The notes beneath the pieces were generated by a model. The model made no database searches. It was given only the letters and a program-made list of their open reading frames with translations, and had not been told where the DNA came from. Source: Octopus vulgaris (taxonomy: Eukaryota). From it: DNA of 64,000 nucleotides. Each line of letters opens with the position of its first letter. Positions within the stretch are counted from its first letter, which is position 1. The stretch lies in assembly GCA_951406725.2 (NCBI GenBank), contig OX597816.1, forward strand, positions 134,602,001 to 134,666,000, given 5' to 3'. A program made the translations under genes and the position numbers. Below, in pieces: positions 12,833 through 24,960 of this stretch.

Positions 12833-13065
12833 CTAAATAAATAATAAAATAAAATAAAGAAAATAAAAAAAAAGTTAAAACTGCAGTTTTAATTTTTGTT
12901 TTAAATATGAAGATTATCACAAATTCTAACAAATATTTTTCATAAACTAGAGAGAACCACAACAACCAGACCATAAATTATCTTAGGAAGAACGAAGCTT
13001 TTGGTTGTAAGTAGCACTAACAATAATGACTAAATATTGCAATGAATTGTTCAAGATTATAATGG

Positions 13066-13558
13066 CACTGTGTAACAAAATTTACATTTATTTTTGTCTT
13101 TGGTCAGTGTTATTTCCTATTTGCTCCTATCTAGAAATCAAAGGAAATTGACAACTATTCCCTTCAAACTTTGCTTTTGTGACCTGGACATAAATGTTTT
13201 AAAACTGACCTATCTTCCATTACATTTCAGACATATTCAGCAGTGAGTTGCTGAAGCAGAAATATTGTTACAGCAAATATTCTGCTCAATACCACAGATT
13301 TGCTTGTCTTTTGCTTGACCATAACCACTTGAGCACGTCCCTTAGTGGAAGACAATATGTACATTCCTGATCATGAGCAGTAGGGGAGCATCTTAGCCAT
13401 GTGTTGAGAAGGATTCTTTGTGGTTTGAATAAATGTAACAAAAGCAAAGTTTGAAAGAAATATTAGCTTATTTTTCATACTTTCTAAGGGTAGGTAACAG
13501 TTGTTGATCAAGGGAAATAACAGTTGTTAATCAAGGGCAAAAATTGTGTTACACAGGA
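13066..13558. mobile_element. Non-autonomous DNA transposon with long degenerate TIRs (CAC terminus, CMC-like)
   Basis: CACTGTGTAACA...TGTTACACAG ends; internal inverted TTCAAACTTTGCTTTTGT / ACAAAAGCAAAGTTTGAA. Confidence 0.45.
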
Positions 13559-13877
13559 CTATTGGTAGTACACGAAATTTCTACTAATTTTCGAACTGCA
13601 GGCAATTATTACAGTAGGTAAATCCTTTAAAAACACAATAGCAACTACAAGCTAAAACTAAAAACTATAAAGACTATCAAATTTAAAAGGAGTATGTCAG
13701 AAGATAGAAAACAGATTAAGACTTCAATCTTTTAAAAGTAGTTTTGCCATATTTTAGGTGCAATTAACAAGTATTTGAGACAATTCATAATATCTAGTTA
13801 AGTAAAAAAAAAATCTTAAACCACACTTTTATTAAATTCATTAAACAAGTAAAAGATATTGGAAATCTTATACTAAC

Positions 13878-14028
13878 ACTGGTCGGAATTGAAAATTTGT
13901 TCAACACACAAAACACGATATGATTCATCGGCAGCATTGTAAAAGGTTTCTTCAAATAAAATGTTGATCTTCAGTTTATTAGCAAAATTATCTTGTAAAT
14001 GAATCTGCCCATTTGATATATATACAGT
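13878..14028 (-). CDS. ANKRD27: ANKRD27 coding exon 3
   Basis: TVYISNGQIHLQDNFANKLKINILFEETFYNAADESYRVLCVEQIFNSDQ, with the conserved ILFEETFYN motif; AG acceptor and GTTAGT donor. Confidence 0.92.
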
Positions 14029-15287
14029 CTATAATAAAAGAAAAAAAAACATATAGAGAGAAGAGATGAGTACTTGGTGGGAGGCAGGGAGTAAAAGAAT
14101 ATCTCATACACAGTGAGAGAGAGAATCAAGAGAGAGGAGGAGGAAATTAGAGTAGCTATGGCAGATAGATACATACATCATGTAACATCTGCTTTCAAAA
14201 TCGACATGGGTAGGATTGTTTGACAGGAACTGTCGAATCAGGAGGCTGCACCAAGCTCCTTTTGTTTGTATTGACATGTTTTCTATGTCTGGATGCTCTT
14301 CCTAATACCAACCATTTTACAAAATGTATTGGATGCTTTTTATGTAGCACCAGCACCAGTGAGGTCACCAAGTAACATGCAAGAGAAGAACCCCAACTGG
14401 ATGTGGGGTAGTATTGAGGGACAGAAAGGTGTCTTGCATTAGAAGAGAGACAGGACTTCCTCAAATGGTGAAAGATATAGAGGAGAGAAAGATGAAGACG
14501 TGACAGAGAGGAGGCAAGGGACTTACACCTAAGTTTCAGGGTGGTGTAAATAATGGACTGGGGAATGGAGAAGGTGGGTAGGAAGATGCATTTTAATATG
14601 GAAAGAATATTAGAAAGAGGAGAATGATCCAAAAAACCCTGCCCGTTATTCTAATGTTAAAATAATTGTAATGTACACCATGGAAAATATATATTTGCAA
14701 AATTTAATTCAAAAATATGCAACAAATTTGGCAGGGCACTAAATTGTCTATGTGCCACACATATATACAAGGTATAAAAATAAACTTGGATTTATTTAGA
14801 TATTCAGGGATTCCACATATATAGTGTAAATGGTTAACATGGAGTTTAGAGGTTTAAAAAATGAAAGTAAAAATTAACCAGAAGTGATAGGGACATCTGA
14901 TAATTTCATGTCAGCAATCTTTAGCATAACCAATGTATAGAACATTTATTTTATATAACAAGTAAACCATACATATATGTTATATAAGATGAAAACAACA
15001 ACATTTATGGGAAAATATGATAGTCATTGGTGATTGAGATGAGATTTGCAAATTAGTTTTAACAGTCTCTAAATCTGTTTCACCAGATACACTCTTGAAG
15101 ATATGATGTAAATAAAGCCACCAAATTGTCTCCTCATCAGTAGTGTTTGTTCAGAAAAACTTAAGATATCTCTAGAAAGTACTGTACAAGTAAGTGCCTG
15201 TTAATGTGACAAAATGAGAGAGTTCTGCTAATGAAAATAAAGGATTCACCAGTTCTTTTTATGAAATTAAGGGATGAAATTACTTCC

Positions 15288-15618
15288 ATCATCATCATCG
15301 TCGTCGTTTAACGTCCGTTTTCCATGCTGGCATGGGTTGGACGGTTCAACCAGGGTCTGGGAAGCCAGAAAGCTGCACCAGGCTCCAATCTGATCTGGCA
15401 ATGCTTCTACAGCTGGATGCCCTTCCTAACGCCAACCACTCCATGAGTGTAGTGGGTGCTTTTTACATGCCACCGGCACAGGTGCCAGGCGAGGCTGGCA
15501 ATGGTCATGATTGGTTGGTGCTTTTTACATGCCACCAGCACAGGGATCACAACTACAATTTCCATTGATTTTTGATGTTGATGTACTTGACTCAATAGGT
15601 CTCGTCAAGCACAGGGTC
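15288..15618 (-). mobile_element. RTE-related 3' end with (GAT)n tail
   Basis: Reverse complement of the 3' region of 18252-19080. Confidence 0.8.
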
Positions 15619-16010
15619 GAGACGGTGTTTCTCTCTAAACCGCTTGTTAACTGTGTAAATAATACTAGTGATTACTAAGATTAATTAAGCTGACTTAATT
15701 ACCATTTTGTAGCACATTTTACAAAAAATAAAAGAGCATACTTTACAGTTTCTTTGCTTCTGTTTCCTGTGTAACAGTTAGCCAGCCAAGACAAGGCTAG
15801 AATGGGAGTGTCACCTGACTTCAACAGCAGCCAATATATTGTGAAAGCATAAGGTTTCCTTTCTATTTTTAAGATAGGGTATGAGTTGAGAGATTTGGCT
15901 GCCTTTTCTAGTATGTCAATAAGCCATATAGTAGGTTAATAGGAGAGGAAGGCGTTTGAAAAGACACAGACAATATATTAATTAACTAAAAGTAAATATT
16001 AAATTATTAC

Positions 16011-16145
16011 TTTTCCAGAAACTGTTCTTTGCAACTGGTGACCATTTTGTCCCTCTTCATTTTCAGTGGGGATCAAAATGTGGTCTTCAAATTCAGCTTC
16101 ATTCAGGTTTGCAGTTCGAGCAGCTCCATGCCGGGGGACACACAC
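16011..16145 (-). CDS. ANKRD27: ANKRD27 coding exon 2
   Basis: ttttacAG|VCVPRHGAARTANLNEAEFEDHILIPTENEEGQNGHQLQRTVSGK|GTaata; 135 nt, phase 0/0. Confidence 0.9.
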
Positions 16146-16267
16146 CTGTAAAATATTGAATATATCAAATTTTTAAAAATCCAAATAAATATTGGTAGTT
16201 AATTAGTTATTGTGTTACAGTTCAAAATTTGAAATTAATATCATGTTCAACACTCTGGCTAAGATTA

Positions 16268-16492
16268 TTAACTCTTTTAGCAATTTAAACCGACCATATC
16301 CGAGACAAATATTCTGTTTTATATTCAAACTGGATAGATCATGCCTTTCACACCTACCCTACAATATCATTCTAAAAAAATAAACAATTACATCAAAATG
16401 TTAAAGTTACAAGATAATGCATGATGAATTAAAAATAATCTGAATAAATAAGCATTACATTTGACAGAATAATATGAATACTAAAAGGTTAA
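16268..16492. mobile_element. piggyBac-type MITE copy
   Basis: TTAA-flanked, with internal similarity to 34237-34462. Confidence 0.65.
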
Positions 16493-16519
16493 ACTCAGCT
16501 GAAATGGCTGAGACAGGAC

Positions 16520-16860
16520 ATATGAGATGGTATCAAAAAGTTCCAAGAATAGTTCTGTAGCATTCTAATAGATGGCAGCACATGGTTGCATGCACAGTGA
16601 GAGCTAGCAGTGACTTTCATAAGACGGTATGCCAAGTGACATCACTGTGTTTACTTTGAAATTTATGTTTTTGTGATCATGTGTATGCTATAGTCTGTGA
16701 TTTTGTTGTAGACAGGAAGTTGTAACAAAGAGCCAACGTGAAATTTTGGGAAGTCTGCTACAGAGACATTGATTCCAAAAGCGGCAGGAATGCTGAGACC
16801 AGTGTATGGCTTCACAAGGTAACTATTTCAAAGGAGATGATGTTAAAACTTAGGTAGGAT
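16520..16860 (+). mobile_element. Internally deleted mariner-like remnant
   Basis: TA-TGAGATGGTATCAAAAAGTTCC TIR-like start; EQRANVKF-like N-terminal and GNYFKGD C-terminal traces. Confidence 0.5.
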
Positions 16861-16861
16861 A

Positions 16862-17342
16862 AGTCCTCAGCCCCCTCTTATTCATCATAGTCCTCCAGGC
16901 AATAACAGAGGACTGGGAGCTCCTCTATGCTGATGACTTTGTTCTGATAGCTGAGTGACTATTAGAACTGGCTCCTGTGGTGGTGGTATTTAAAATGCAG
17001 CATATGAACGTGGATGATGCCAGTGTTGCTGGCACATGAAAAGCACCATTCAAGTGTGGTCGTTGCCAGTGCTGCCTAACTGGCTCCTCTGCTGGTGACA
17101 CATAAAATGCACCATTCGAGCATGGTCAATGCCAGTACTGCCTGACTGGCCCTCATGCTGGTAGCACATAAAAAGCACCCACTACACCCTAAGAGTGGTT
17201 GGTGTTAGGAAGGGCATCCAGCAGTAGAAACATGGCCAGATCAGATTGGAGCCTGATGCAGCCTTCTGGCTTGCCAGTCTTCACTCCCAAACCGTCCAAC
17301 CTATGCTAGCATGGAAAGCGGACATTAAATGATGATGATGAT
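16862..17342 (+). mobile_element. RTE fragment (YADD region) joined to an RTE 3' UTR and (GAT)n tail
   Basis: VLSPLLFIIVLQAITEDWELLYADDFVLIAE, then stem-loop repeat units and the conserved 3' tail. Confidence 0.75.
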
Positions 17343-17515
17343 AACTAGTCTGGGTAATTTTTAATACCACCCCACACTTTCGCAATTTGAGGCTTAATCA
17401 AAAACATTTGTTTTGACTGTCAAAAAATTGCAACATTCAGACATGAAATGTAAATAAATAAACCAATCTAAATAGACACACATAAAAAAAAGGGATAGTA
17501 ACAGGTCAAACTTAC

Positions 17516-17617
17516 AGTATATCTACATGTTGTTACAGTATCAAAGAGAGCTGAGTGTTGGTTCTGTAATGCCGTAAAGAATGGATTGTCCAGCAGATCC
17601 TCATCATACTTTTCCAT
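17516..17617 (-). CDS. ANKRD27: ANKRD27/VARP coding exon 1 (start codon exon; exon probably begins at 17676)
   Basis: Translates MEKYDEDLLDNPFFTALQNQHSALFDTVTTCRYT, matching the recalled ANKRD27 N-terminus (MALYDEDLLKNPFYLAL). In-frame TGA just upstream; GTAAG donor at 17515. Confidence 0.93.
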
Positions 17618-18251
17618 TTTCTTAACTCAACCAGCTGGGTTTCCATCCCATCTAAACTACAAATTAAACTAATCATCTGAAAAGAAATTTAATATACAAA
17701 TTACTTGGTTATGTGATTATATTATTTTACACTTGACATTAAGTGACAAATTAAAACCCTTTCACAATCATTTATTAGGTAAGATATACATCTCTACTTA
17801 CCAGTCTAATTATTTGATGTTAAAAAGGAACATCTAATACTTTTACATCAGTTGATAAAACAGTTTGAATTTGTTGAGTCATCTTTCAAAATTAACATTG
17901 AAAATGCTAAAAATATTGTTTAAAAATAATTTGTTTTCTATACTGTTAATACAAAGCTTTAATTACTGTATTTTCAGGCATACAAACTGAATTCTTCAGA
18001 TCAAAATTTACAGCCAAAATAAATAAAACAACACTAAGATGACTATGGAGGACCAAAAATTTCATGTGAAATGCAGTAGGAGTTGGAAAGATAGAGATGA
18101 CAGGATCTTTATACATGCTTACATTATATACCACACTGATTTATATGCTGGAAAATACAGTACTTTCATAATGTATTATACAAGATGTGACAGTTCTTTT
18201 GAGGCCATTTGTATGAATTTAGAAAACAGCACATAGTTCACCAAAGAAAAT

Positions 18252-19080
18252 CTGTGTGCAAGAGCGACGCTTGCGATGGTATGGTCATGTACTGCGGATG
18301 GATGAGGAGACATGTGTGAAGAAGTGCCACTCCCAAAGTTGAAGGTATCAGGGAGAGAGGCAGACCTAGGAAGACATGGGATGAGGTAGTCAAGCATGAC
18401 CTCAGAGCGTTGGGCCTCACTGAGGCAATGGTGAAGGACCGAGATCTCTGGAGATATGCTGTGACTGCAAAGACCCAGGCTGCTTCCTGCACCAGTTCCG
18501 CATAGCCCCCTGCCCATTCAAAGTACCCTGGATCCTGGAACGTCTCGCTGTGCTTGAGGAGACCTGTTGAGTCAAGTACATGAACATGAACATCGAAATA
18601 AATATCAATGGAAATAGTAGTTGTGATACCTGTGCCAGTGGCACATAAAAAGCACCATCCATACGTGGCCATTGCCAGCGCCGCCTCGACAGGCTTCTGT
18701 GCCAGTGGCACATAAATATCACCATCCAAACGTGGCCGATGCCAGCGCCGCCCCGACTGGCTTCTGTGCCGGTGGCACATAAAAAGCACCATCCGAACGT
18801 GGCCGTTGCCAGCCTTGGTTGGCTTCCGTGCCGGTGGCACGTTAAAAGCTCCAACCGATCGTGGCCGATGCCGGACCCCCCTGGCACCTGTGCAGGTGGC
18901 ACATAAAAAGCACCCACTACACTTGCGGAGTGGTTGGCGTTAGGAAGGGCATCCAGCTGTAGAAACTCTGCCAGATCAGACTGGAGCCTGGTGCAGCCCC
19001 TGGCTTCCCAGACCCCGGTCGAACCGTCCAACCCGTGCTAGCACGGAAAATGGACGTTAAACGATGATGATGATGATGAT
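18252..19080 (+). mobile_element. 5'-truncated RTE LINE (ORF C-terminus, 3' UTR tandem repeats, (GAT)n tail)
   Basis: RRLRWYGHVLRM...RGRPRKTWDEVVKHDL...DRDLWRYAV; five repeat units at 62-67 bp spacing. Confidence 0.88.
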
Positions 19081-19371
19081 ATATATTAGCCAATGTGTGT
19101 TATTTTCTCGGCATTTTTTTAATGTTTAATTTATGCAAACTATCAAACCATAAAAGTGTTCTGATTTTTTTTGTATATATCTATGTCCCTTGACTGCTGG
19201 AGATAGGTTAGGACAAATGCCATACTGATGATATCTGTTGAGGGAGAAATGTGTGTCACAATTGTCCTCTTATCTCCAGACAATAAACCTCTCCTTTCCC
19301 TTAAAGGCAAGATAGAATTAAATATTATTAGGAATGGTATTTAAAAATTGTTAAAATATTTTGCGTATCAT

Positions 19372-19745
19372 AGGCGTAGGAGTGGCTGTGTGGTAAGTAG
19401 CTTGCTTACGAACCACATAGTTTCGGGTTCAGTCCCTCTACGTGGCAACTGTCTTTTACTATAGCCTCGGGCTGACCAAAGCCTTGTGAGTGGATTTGGT
19501 ACACAGAAACTGAAAGAAGCCCGTCGTATATATGTATATGTGTGTGTGTGTGTGTGTTTGTTCCCCCAACATCGCTTGACAACCGATGCTGGTGTGCTTA
19601 CATCCCTGTAACTTAGCGATTTGGCAAAAGAGACCGATAGAATAAGGACTAGGCTTACAAAGAATAAGTCCTTGGGTCGATTTGCTAGACTAAAGGCAGT
19701 GCTGCAGCATTGCCACAACCAAATGACTGAAACAAGTAAAAGAGT
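19372..19745 (+). mobile_element. tRNA-derived SINE (octopus OR/CORE-like), near full length
   Basis: A-box TGGCTGTGTGGT, B-box GGTTCAGTCCC, internal (TA/TG)n; many copies in the window. Confidence 0.8.
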
Positions 19746-20002
19746 ATTGTAGAAGTATAACCAATTTATTACACAAATTTTAACAAAATCTTATATGGAC
19801 CCCCAAGGATTATATGGATCCTGGTTGAGTACCACTGCTCTAGAGGCAGAGACAGTTTTAATAAATCAAGAAAGTATGCTGAATGTGTTTGAAATGTAAG
19901 CACTGATGTATCAGCATAAAGAAGTGAAAACGTATTTTTCATTTTTTTTATATGATTTAAAAGATTTTACTTATTGCTTTTTCCCAGGTATTTACTCTTT
20001 TC

Positions 20003-20420
20003 TTTTTATTCTTTTACTTGTTTCAGTCTTTTGACTGCGGCCATGCTGGAGCACCGCCTTTAATCGAGCAACTCGACCCCGGGACTTATTCTTTTGTAAG
20101 TCCAGTACTTATTCTATCGGTCTCTTTTTGCCGAACCGCTAAGTGACGGGGACGTAAACACACCAGCATCGGTTGTCAAGCAATGCTAGGGGGACAAACA
20201 CAGACACACAAACACACATACATATATGTATATATACATATATACGACAGGCTTCTTTCAGTTTCCGTCTACCAAATCCACTCACAAGGCATTGGTCGGC
20301 CCGGGGCTATAGCAGAAGACACTTGCCCAAGATGCCACACAAGATGCCACGCAGTGGGACTGAACCCGGAACCATGAGGTTGGTTAGCAAGCTACTTACC
20401 ACACAGCCACTCCTGCGCCT
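20003..20420 (-). mobile_element. Same SINE family, inverted copy
   Basis: Reverse complement of 19372-19745; CpG-rich; small internal duplication at about 20328-20352. Confidence 0.8.
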
Positions 20421-21781
20421 TATTATTTTCTCATACTCTTTAGTTCTAACTATTTGCCTTTTCATATTACTTTGGCAATACTACTGTTTAAGGTTTTAAA
20501 ATTTTCTTTCAGATAATTTTATAACAGAAAATATCAAATATATTAAGCAAAAAGTTCCTTATCACATTAACAGATGGATTTTTCCATGCAGTAGAAAGTT
20601 TACCTTTTACAGATCAAGATATTTTTGTTGCAGTTGTATAGTTTTTCAGTTTTTTATAGAAAACTATGTGAATGTTGATTTTATAGTAACTTCAACCTAA
20701 CACCAAATAAAGTTTCATTTATTGCATGTTAACTTTGGAGAAAATCTAATTTGTCTTTTTTTTTAATGTACTTAAAACGTAAAAAAATGTCTTGTATTTT
20801 ACAAGTTAGTTGAACAACCCCTCACCACAATCCACCTCGAGAATAAAGGGAGTTAACTAGTTATGTTAACAAGCCTTAAGTGAAAATTGTTTTTTCAGTT
20901 AAAACATTTTCTAATAGAGATGTGACAATCTAGTTACTTTCAATAACAAGGAAACAGTCATGCACTATTCCAATCTAGTACAAATGAATAACAACTAAAA
21001 TTCAAAGTTACTACAAATCTCTACTAATCCCTGGTCTCTCATTTTGACTGACCCATACATGTCTAAAACAGTATATCTAAAGCTTGTAATCCTTTTAGGT
21101 AAAGGAAATGCTCTACAACACCCAACAGTATCAGGGAGTCTAACTCACAATCTGGAATGGTGCTACTGCTACACACAAAATATATGAGACTATCTGCTTA
21201 TTAGCCAAATAAACAGATATCATCATCATCATCATTATTATTATTATTATTATTATTAGGGTGGTAAGCTGGCAGAATTGTTTGCATGCCAGACAGAATG
21301 CTTAGAGGCGTTTCGTTCATCTTCACATGCTGAATTCAAATTCCACTGAGGTTAACTTTACCTTTCATCCTTCTGAAGTCGATAGAATAAGCACTAGTTG
21401 AACATTAAAGTCAATACAATCAACATACCCCTCCTCCTAAATTGCTGGCCTTGTGCCAAAATTTGAAACCATTATCATCATCATTATTATTTTGTTAACA
21501 TGTGAAATTCTGCTAAGCATTTGCTTGCAGAATTTGTTTTGGTTCTTTATGTTCCAAGTTCAAATTCCAATGAGATTGATCTTGCTTTGATAAAATAAGT
21601 ACCAGCTGAGCACTAAGAATAATGTAATCAAAACCTCTCCTACCCCACAAAACTGCTGCCCTTCTGCAAAAATTTGAAACCATTATTTTATTAAAACATT
21701 TTTCTATGCTATTTATCTTTTAATAAGTTTTGAAATGTATACAAATAAAATATATAATTCATTTGATTAGCAAAGACTCAC

Positions 21782-22100
21782 CAACAGCTGCAGCACTGTT
21801 TTTTCTTTGCATCTTCAACAGCTACTACCATAGTTTCTGCTTCTCAAATAAGTCTATTACCTCCATCAAAGCAACCCAATCAATGCTTCTCTCATTATCC
21901 TCATTGTGTCTTGCATTTCAAACCTTGTACTAAACACTTTGTCTAATCAGTTCTCTCCAGAACTACAGCCCTCTGTAATTCTCTTTCTGTCAATATTTTC
22001 CATACAATCTACAGAAGTCCAATCTGAGAGGATATGTAAACGTCACAGATATTACTTCTCCTTCTCTAACTAAAAACGGAGGGGGGATGACGTAAATAGA
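21782..22100 (-). promoter_or_regulatory. Candidate non-coding 5' exon/promoter of ANKRD27
   Basis: TTG|GTGAGT donor on the minus strand at 21781; CRE-like TGACGT motifs near 22040 and 22088; non-repetitive sequence. Confidence 0.4.
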
Positions 22101-22323
22101 AAGAAAGGTTTTGTTAGAAGACCAGGGAATAATTACCAAACAGGATTTGAATATAGTTTCAGTCATTAATTACTCAGTACTGAAATAGTAATTAAAATGA
22201 TGCTCAGAACCTATACATATGTAAAACTAGGTGCAATTGTCTGGCATGAACACTGAACAGGATTAAGATACAATGGTTTAAAAACAAAAATCAGAAATTA
22301 ATAATAAAGTAGATGAATAGGAA

Positions 22324-22326
<3 letters not shown>

Positions 22327-22374
<48 letters not shown>
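22327..22374. repeat. (TA)n microsatellite
   Basis: Seen directly; others at about 22875-22912, 34902-34944, 45963-45998 and 58633-58674. Confidence 0.97.
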
Positions 22375-22376
<2 letters not shown>

Positions 22377-22872
22377 CTTATAAATTATGTAAAAGAAAAG
22401 TGTGTACAATAATAGTCCTCTTAGCAAGTTAGTTCACGATGCACAGATGGACCTTTGTTTCATTTGGAAGAAGGCCAAAAAACTCAAGTTACTATAACAA
22501 AACATTGGCGAACATACATGAGCGACTGTCCAACACATTTTCTTACACTAATTACGTAGCAATTGCGAATATAAAACATACAGAGCTAATTAGTATCGTT
22601 TTAACATTAGCTAGTCATTTAAAGTTAATTTTTATTGGTTTCTCTGATAGAATTGCGTAAAATTATTCAAACTGCTATCTTAAGTTATTTTCTCCCATTC
22701 AATAAAATATAAGATGGGGAAAATTGATGTCTACTTCTGCGAAGATAAAATATATTTTCTAATATACAGAAGTTTAGGGTTCTAACTTTACAATAATTGT
22801 TACAAAAAATTTAACAAAAAATTTACAAAATATTTGTAAAATATTTTTTTTAAATGTAAAATTCAACCAATT

Positions 22873-22915
<43 letters not shown>

Positions 22916-23374
22916 AAGCTTGGGCAAATCGTCCCATGATTGCTATATCATTATATTCAGTTATATCAAAAGAGTATTTATCATTTAATATCAAACCTAC
23001 TGACAAAAGTTGGTCAACTGTATTGTTGAAGTTCCAATCGAAATAGAATCGTAACTGCTGTCAATAAAGTGGGAGATAAATCATTAACATAAACAAAGTA
23101 ATGGGTAAATAAAAGATTGCAAATTATAACAGTAAACAACCAAATACAAGTGTAAAAATTACAAGTAGGAACATGAAATAAAAAGTAAACAGGATGATTA
23201 AAAAAAAAGCAACATTGTATACGTGTTTGTCGTACAAACAAACGTGTGTACAGATATATTTAGACTTATTTTAGGTATCAAGTTTCAATAGAGGTATATT
23301 TTATGATATGATTTTAAAAATATATTACAACTTTCGTTCGAATAATGTAGAGAAACATTGTGTAATTTACTCAC

Positions 23375-23470
23375 CCAAATACATACGCCGTAAAAATCTG
23401 TTCCTAACAATCTATGGTTGCTCCAAACTATACGGTGTTCACCAAAGATGCGGTGTCGACTGAATATAAT
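23375..23470 (-). promoter_or_regulatory. Candidate upstream first exon/TSS of ANKRD27
   Basis: TGG|GTGAGT donor on the minus strand at 23374, inside a locally CpG-retaining stretch (about 22.4-23.8 kb). Confidence 0.45.
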
Positions 23471-23908
23471 ACACTTTAAAAAAGATTAAAATGTTCAGTT
23501 TATTTAACAGGACATCAGTATTCTGACGCATGTTAAATTCCTGTTTGAACAGGAATGGGAAATTGAACTTGTTAGGAAAATTATTACAGATTGTTTCCAA
23601 ATAGCATATTTCATAATTTTTTATGTTTCTGTGGTAATAGCATTTTCTCAATGAGGATGCAAGTAATGCTCTTTGATAACGAATTTTTATCTGATTACAC
23701 TCCCATATATCTGGGGTTGACGTAACAATGTTTTTGAGACCTTATAATAAGGATGTATTCTTACGGATTGTTTAAAATGGTTTTTGGGAGTTCAGATTAT
23801 CTCATAAATAGTTGCTCTGTTGTATCTGTGTAGGTATTTTGTATCAAATAATACTCAACAATATGCTAGCTCTTATGAGCATCTCTTCAAAATGTTTGCA
23901 TTTAATCT

Positions 23909-24515
23909 TCAACAATTTATAAAATGATGTTTGGGTATAATGTGTGTGTGTGTGTTAGGATACTGGTCTTGTGTCTATTTTTAAATCTGATTTTATCAAT
24001 CCTGTTTATTTGAACCATAAGAATAATAATATGTAGGCTTGCATATTGACTTAATATATATATTCTTTTAAATAATAATAAATATAAGAGAGTGGTCACT
24101 ATATGGCTCACTCTAGCACCAGTTAATCCAAAAGGTTTCAACCACAAAAATACATGTTTCCCATGAAAGTCAGTACGATTGTTAGCTCACACGGACAGGG
24201 CAAATAAAAAATAACAAATACAGATTATTTTGGGACAATTGTTTCGCTATTAATGAATTAATACATTTAATTCATTAATAGCGAAACAATTGTCCCAAAA
24301 TAATCTGTATTTGTTATTTTTTATTTGCCCTGTCCGTGTGAGCTCAATCGTCAACAATTTATAAAATGATGTTTGGGTATAATGTGTGTGTGTGTGTGTT
24401 AGGATACTGGTCTTGTGTCTATTTTTAAATCTGATTTTATCAATCCTGTTTATTTGAACCATAAGAATAATAATATGTAGGCTTGCATATTGACTTAATA
24501 TATATATTCTTTTAA
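23909..24515. repeat. About 164-bp direct repeats flanking a perfect hairpin with 78-bp arms (Penelope-type terminal repeat rearrangement)
   Basis: 23909-24071 matches 24351-24515; 24184-24261 is the exact reverse complement of 24267-24344. Confidence 0.85.
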
Positions 24516-24544
24516 TATACTTACCATGGCTTTAAAGTAATTTT

Positions 24545-24960
24545 ATTCCTTTTTAAACTTCCTTTTCTTTGATTTCCTTCCAGCTTTTGGTAGTCGCTTG
24601 CAGTCTCTCTTTAGAGTCCAGCAGTAATCTGCCACCATGTTTACATTCCACCTTCCCTGGTATCTCCACTTCATTTCTTTAATGTCCTAGTGAAATTTTT
24701 CATCATGCTCTTCACTTAGATTGCCGAGGTTCTCTGGGAAATAGTTGAGGAGTGATTGAAGAAAGTACATTTTAACATCCAAACTTTTTGAAGTTTTGCA
24801 ATGTTATTAACTATGATTTTGTAATTTGAACACTTATTGTTTCCCAAAAAGTTCTTGACAACACACTTGAAGCTATACCTGTATTTGAAATTCATTCATA
24901 GATTTCTCATAACCTGGGTCTTTCATTAGTTTACGAATGTCAAGACCAATAAATATCCTA
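24545..24960 (-). mobile_element. Chapaev3-like (CMC) transposase pseudogene, C-terminal part
   Basis: YFPENLGNLSEEHDEKFH*DIKEMKWRYQGRWNVNMVADYCWTLKRD matches the recalled FPENLG..SDEQGERFHQDI...YQGRW...ADYCW motif. Confidence 0.75.

Noticed and set aside
18632-18915. CRISPR-like palindromic repeat with spacers
   Set aside because: The linkers are homologous to each other, the array sits in an RTE 3' UTR of an animal genome, and there are no cas genes.
18176-19031. 113-204 aa ORFs (likewise 41798-42185, 44265-44644, 39417-39797, 20173-20499, 48676-49056)
   Set aside because: Antisense or incidental frames through GC-rich RTE/SINE repeats.
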